DNA from: Eledone cirrhosa
Taxonomy: Eukaryota
Reading direction: 5' to 3'
DNA length: 64,000 bases
NCBI GenBank assembly: GCA_964016885.1
Contig: OZ024740.1
Coordinates: forward strand, 192,944,001-193,008,000
The notes beneath the pieces are model-generated. The model was not told the DNA's origin. It made no database searches and worked only from the letters and a program-made list of their open reading frames with translations. Position 1 is the stretch's first letter. Each line of letters starts with the position of its first letter. Shown piece after piece: positions 60,994 to 64,000 of this stretch. Made by a program: the position numbers and the translations under genes.

Positions 60994-63900
60994 ACTCTTT
61001 GAGTCTCAGTCATTGATGTTAGTTAACTGGAAAGTTTGTTGAAATGAATATCAAGCCACTACCTACAGCCTCAGATATTCAGGACGTATCGGAGGGTTCT
61101 TACTGTTCCCAGCAAGCCTGCCTTTAGAAGTGTTCCAAAAAGCGTGGCGGGGTCAACTTTCTTTAACCATCCCTGGAAACTTTTTGAGATAGTACCTACT
61201 GCGCCTATGACAATCGGGACCACTTTGAATTCATAGCAGTTACTAATCCTTTTACCTCCCACTTTATGTCCTGGTATCGGTTAATTTTCTCCCTCTCTTT
61301 CTCTTGCACTCTCGTGTCGAATGGGCATGCCACATCCACAATCAGGCACGATCTTTTTTCCTTGTCCAGAACCACCAGGTCAGGTATATTGTGTTCCAGT
61401 TTCTTGTCCGTCTGTATCCTAAAATCCCACAGCACCTTCACCTGATCGCTTTCTATCACAGACTCTGGCTTATGCTCATACCACTTCTCAGAATGTGGTA
61501 AATTGTTTACTTTTCATAGGTACCAGTGGATCACCCTGCCCATCACTTCATGTCTCCAGCCTTTATAGTGAGTCTGGGCTAGGTGTTTACACTCGGATAC
61601 AATGTGAGCCACAGTCTCCTCTCTCTCTCCACAGATCCTGCACAGTGGGCTAGCCTCCTCCTTGTAAATATGGTGTTTCAACCACTTCGTTTTGAGGGCT
61701 TGCACTTGCGCAGCCAATAGCATTCCTTCTATTGCCTTTTTAAGGTCTCCTCTTTTCAACCAGTTCCATGTCTGTGGATCTCTGAATTCAGTTTTCTCAA
61801 AGAAGGTACTATGAGGGGATTTTTCATGGAGGCTGCTCTTTCTCCTTGTTGTTATTTGCTCCTTGGACATCCCCTGGTCTATTGTCCTCTTCTTCAGTAC
61901 AATTCTGAGCATAGGCTCCTTACTATCAGTCACGTATTTGTGTAGGTTGTTTTTCTCCATCTGAACACAGTCCTATATGCTGATAAGACACTTCCACCTT
62001 CAGATCTCCTTAAGTAGAGTCTATCGACATCACTCCTCTTGTGGAACATGTTGTAGATAGCTTCCTAGTCTTCCTATCCATAAATTTTTGTTCAGCAACA
62101 TTCCATCTCAGAATTCCCGCACCGTACCTAATAATAGACACCACACTTATGGCATTCCTACTGGTCAGATGTGACTTAAATACTCTCCTTACTCTCTGAA
62201 TGTATTCAGATCTTATCAATTCCTTCATTTTTTTGTTCTTGATGTCATCAGCTTCCAGGAAACCCAAATACTTGTATCCTTCTTCAGTGTCAATTTCCTT
62301 TATCATTTTACCTGTTGGTACCTGGATTCCGTCGCTTCTGCTCTATTTACCCCTCTTCATCACAAGGACTCCACACTTTCTAATACCAAATTTCATACAT
62401 ATATCATTGCTGAAAATACGGACAGTGTCAACAAGCACATCCAACTCCTTCTCACTCTTCCCGAAGAGCTTAAGATCGTCCATGAAGAGGTGATTGATGG
62501 TAAGCCCTCCCTTTCCCAACCTGTATCCTGCTCTCACTTTTCGAAGTATAATGGTCAAGGGCACCAGGCGAAGGACAAACAAAAGAGGGGACAGACTATC
62601 ACCCTGGAAGATACCTCTCTTGATCTTCACGCCTCCAAGGAATCTCCAGCTGATGTTAACTCTGTTTTCCAGTTCTTCATACTTTTGCTCAACAACTGTC
62701 TGATGTCTGATGTTATCTGCCATCCTGAAGATCTCTAGGCTTTTGGTGATCCAAGAATGAGGCACCAAGTCAAATGCCTTTTTGTAGTCTATCCTTCCGA
62801 TGGTAAGACCAGTGTGTCTTCTTTTGCAATTCCTCATTACCATCTTATCAATAAGTAACTGGTCCTTTGTACCACGGGACTTCTTTCGGCATCCTTTCTG
62901 TTCGTCCGGTAACAAGTTGTTTGTGTGCAAGTGATGGTAGATTTCCTCAGACACAATGCTTGTCAACAGTTTCCACATTACGAACAGACATGTGATAGGT
63001 CTATAGTTGGTAACATCATGACTCTTGATTCGGTCTTTCATTACCAGATCTGTGGTACCTTTTGTCAACCACTCTGGTACCTCACCTGACATCAATCAGT
63101 CATTGAACATGGTTGTGAGTTTCGCGAGGAGGCATGTTATATTTTTAATCCAATACCCCTGCACACCATCTGGGCCTGGTGATTTCCAGCAGTTGGTTAA
63201 TTGTTTGACCTGCCACTTAAGTGTTTCAACTGTGATACTGAAATCAGTTTGTTGGTGTGCCTGTTCACTAATCTCCTTTTGTACTGTCTCAATCCACACT
63301 GCCTGGTCATTATGTTTAACATCCTGCTCCCATATTCCTCACCAGAATGTCTTAGTTTGTTCCGCCTCAGGGATCAAGTCGTTGCCTATTTCTTTCCCTT
63401 CAAGCTGTCCAAACAACATCTGGTTGTTGTCAAACATGCGGTTCTGTCTATACTGACTGACTCTGTTCTCGTATCGCCTAATTTTTGCACTCTTTGCTAC
63501 AATGCGTTGCTTCAGTTCCTCTATGATCATATTTAGCTTTTTCCTCCTAGTTTTGTACTTTATTTCCAGTCTATTTTTAGTGTCTATGTTTTATAGTGTC
63601 CCATTCAGTAGGGACTCAAGCGTTCCAATGTAATTTCTCATTTCCCTGATTTGACCATTCAGTCGTTTCTTCCACCAAGGTTTTGATCTTTCTTGTTTGT
63701 TGTTTCCTCTCGCTTTTATGTCAAGTAATTTCCTCACCGCATTTGCTGTTGTTTTGAGGATATTGTTGCACTTGTGAAGGCCCCTCGCCTCAAGGTATGG
63801 GATGACTTTTTTTACCTTAGCTGATGTTTCTTTTAACTTTTTCCTGTCTACAAATCTTAGGTTAATAGGTTTCCCCACTATCATTGTTCATTTCATCTAC

Positions 63901-64000
63901 CACTAAGTTTAGGATATCAACCAACTCTTGTCCTAGCCAGTCAGCATTCATCTCCTCAATGGCTGTATCTCTGTTTCAGGTATTATTTATTTCAGCATTC
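60994..64000 (-). mobile_element. Dong/R4-clade RLE non-LTR retrotransposon, degenerate, running off the window
   Basis: WKSPGPDGVQGYWIK, NYRPITCL, EQKGC, DYKKAFDLVPH, GIFQGDSLSP, FMDDLKL, CRICGEREETVAHIVSEC, LWDF..PDLV..VDVACP, VPIVIGAVG. The 3' end abuts (TAA)n. Confidence 0.93.

Overview
Eukaryotic, AT-rich, microsatellite-dense DNA. The SINE family and repeat content are most like a cephalopod (Octopus) genome, which is an inference. No intact host gene is recognisable. The window is a retroelement graveyard. It holds at least seven Penelope-like elements (PLEs; RT plus C-terminal GIY-YIG), several of them in long inverted-repeat (fold-back) arrangements. It also holds two head-to-tail clusters of L1/Tx1-clade LINEs with (GATA)n junctions, a Dong/R4-type RLE LINE, a second RLE 3' fragment, about ten tRNA-type SINE copies and two small TIR elements. 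The main hidden signal, read by eye, is about 24 type-I hammerhead ribozyme (HHR) motifs in PLE pseudo-LTRs and in small non-coding palindromes. They include canonical forms, forms with very large stem-II insertions, a perfect back-to-back double HHR, and a recurrent UUGA(U/A)AA core that is the U3:A8 compensatory version of the C3:G8 tertiary pair. Weak traces of a decayed FN3/PTP-like host gene may lie between the repeats. All coordinates were read manually, and element boundaries are approximate.
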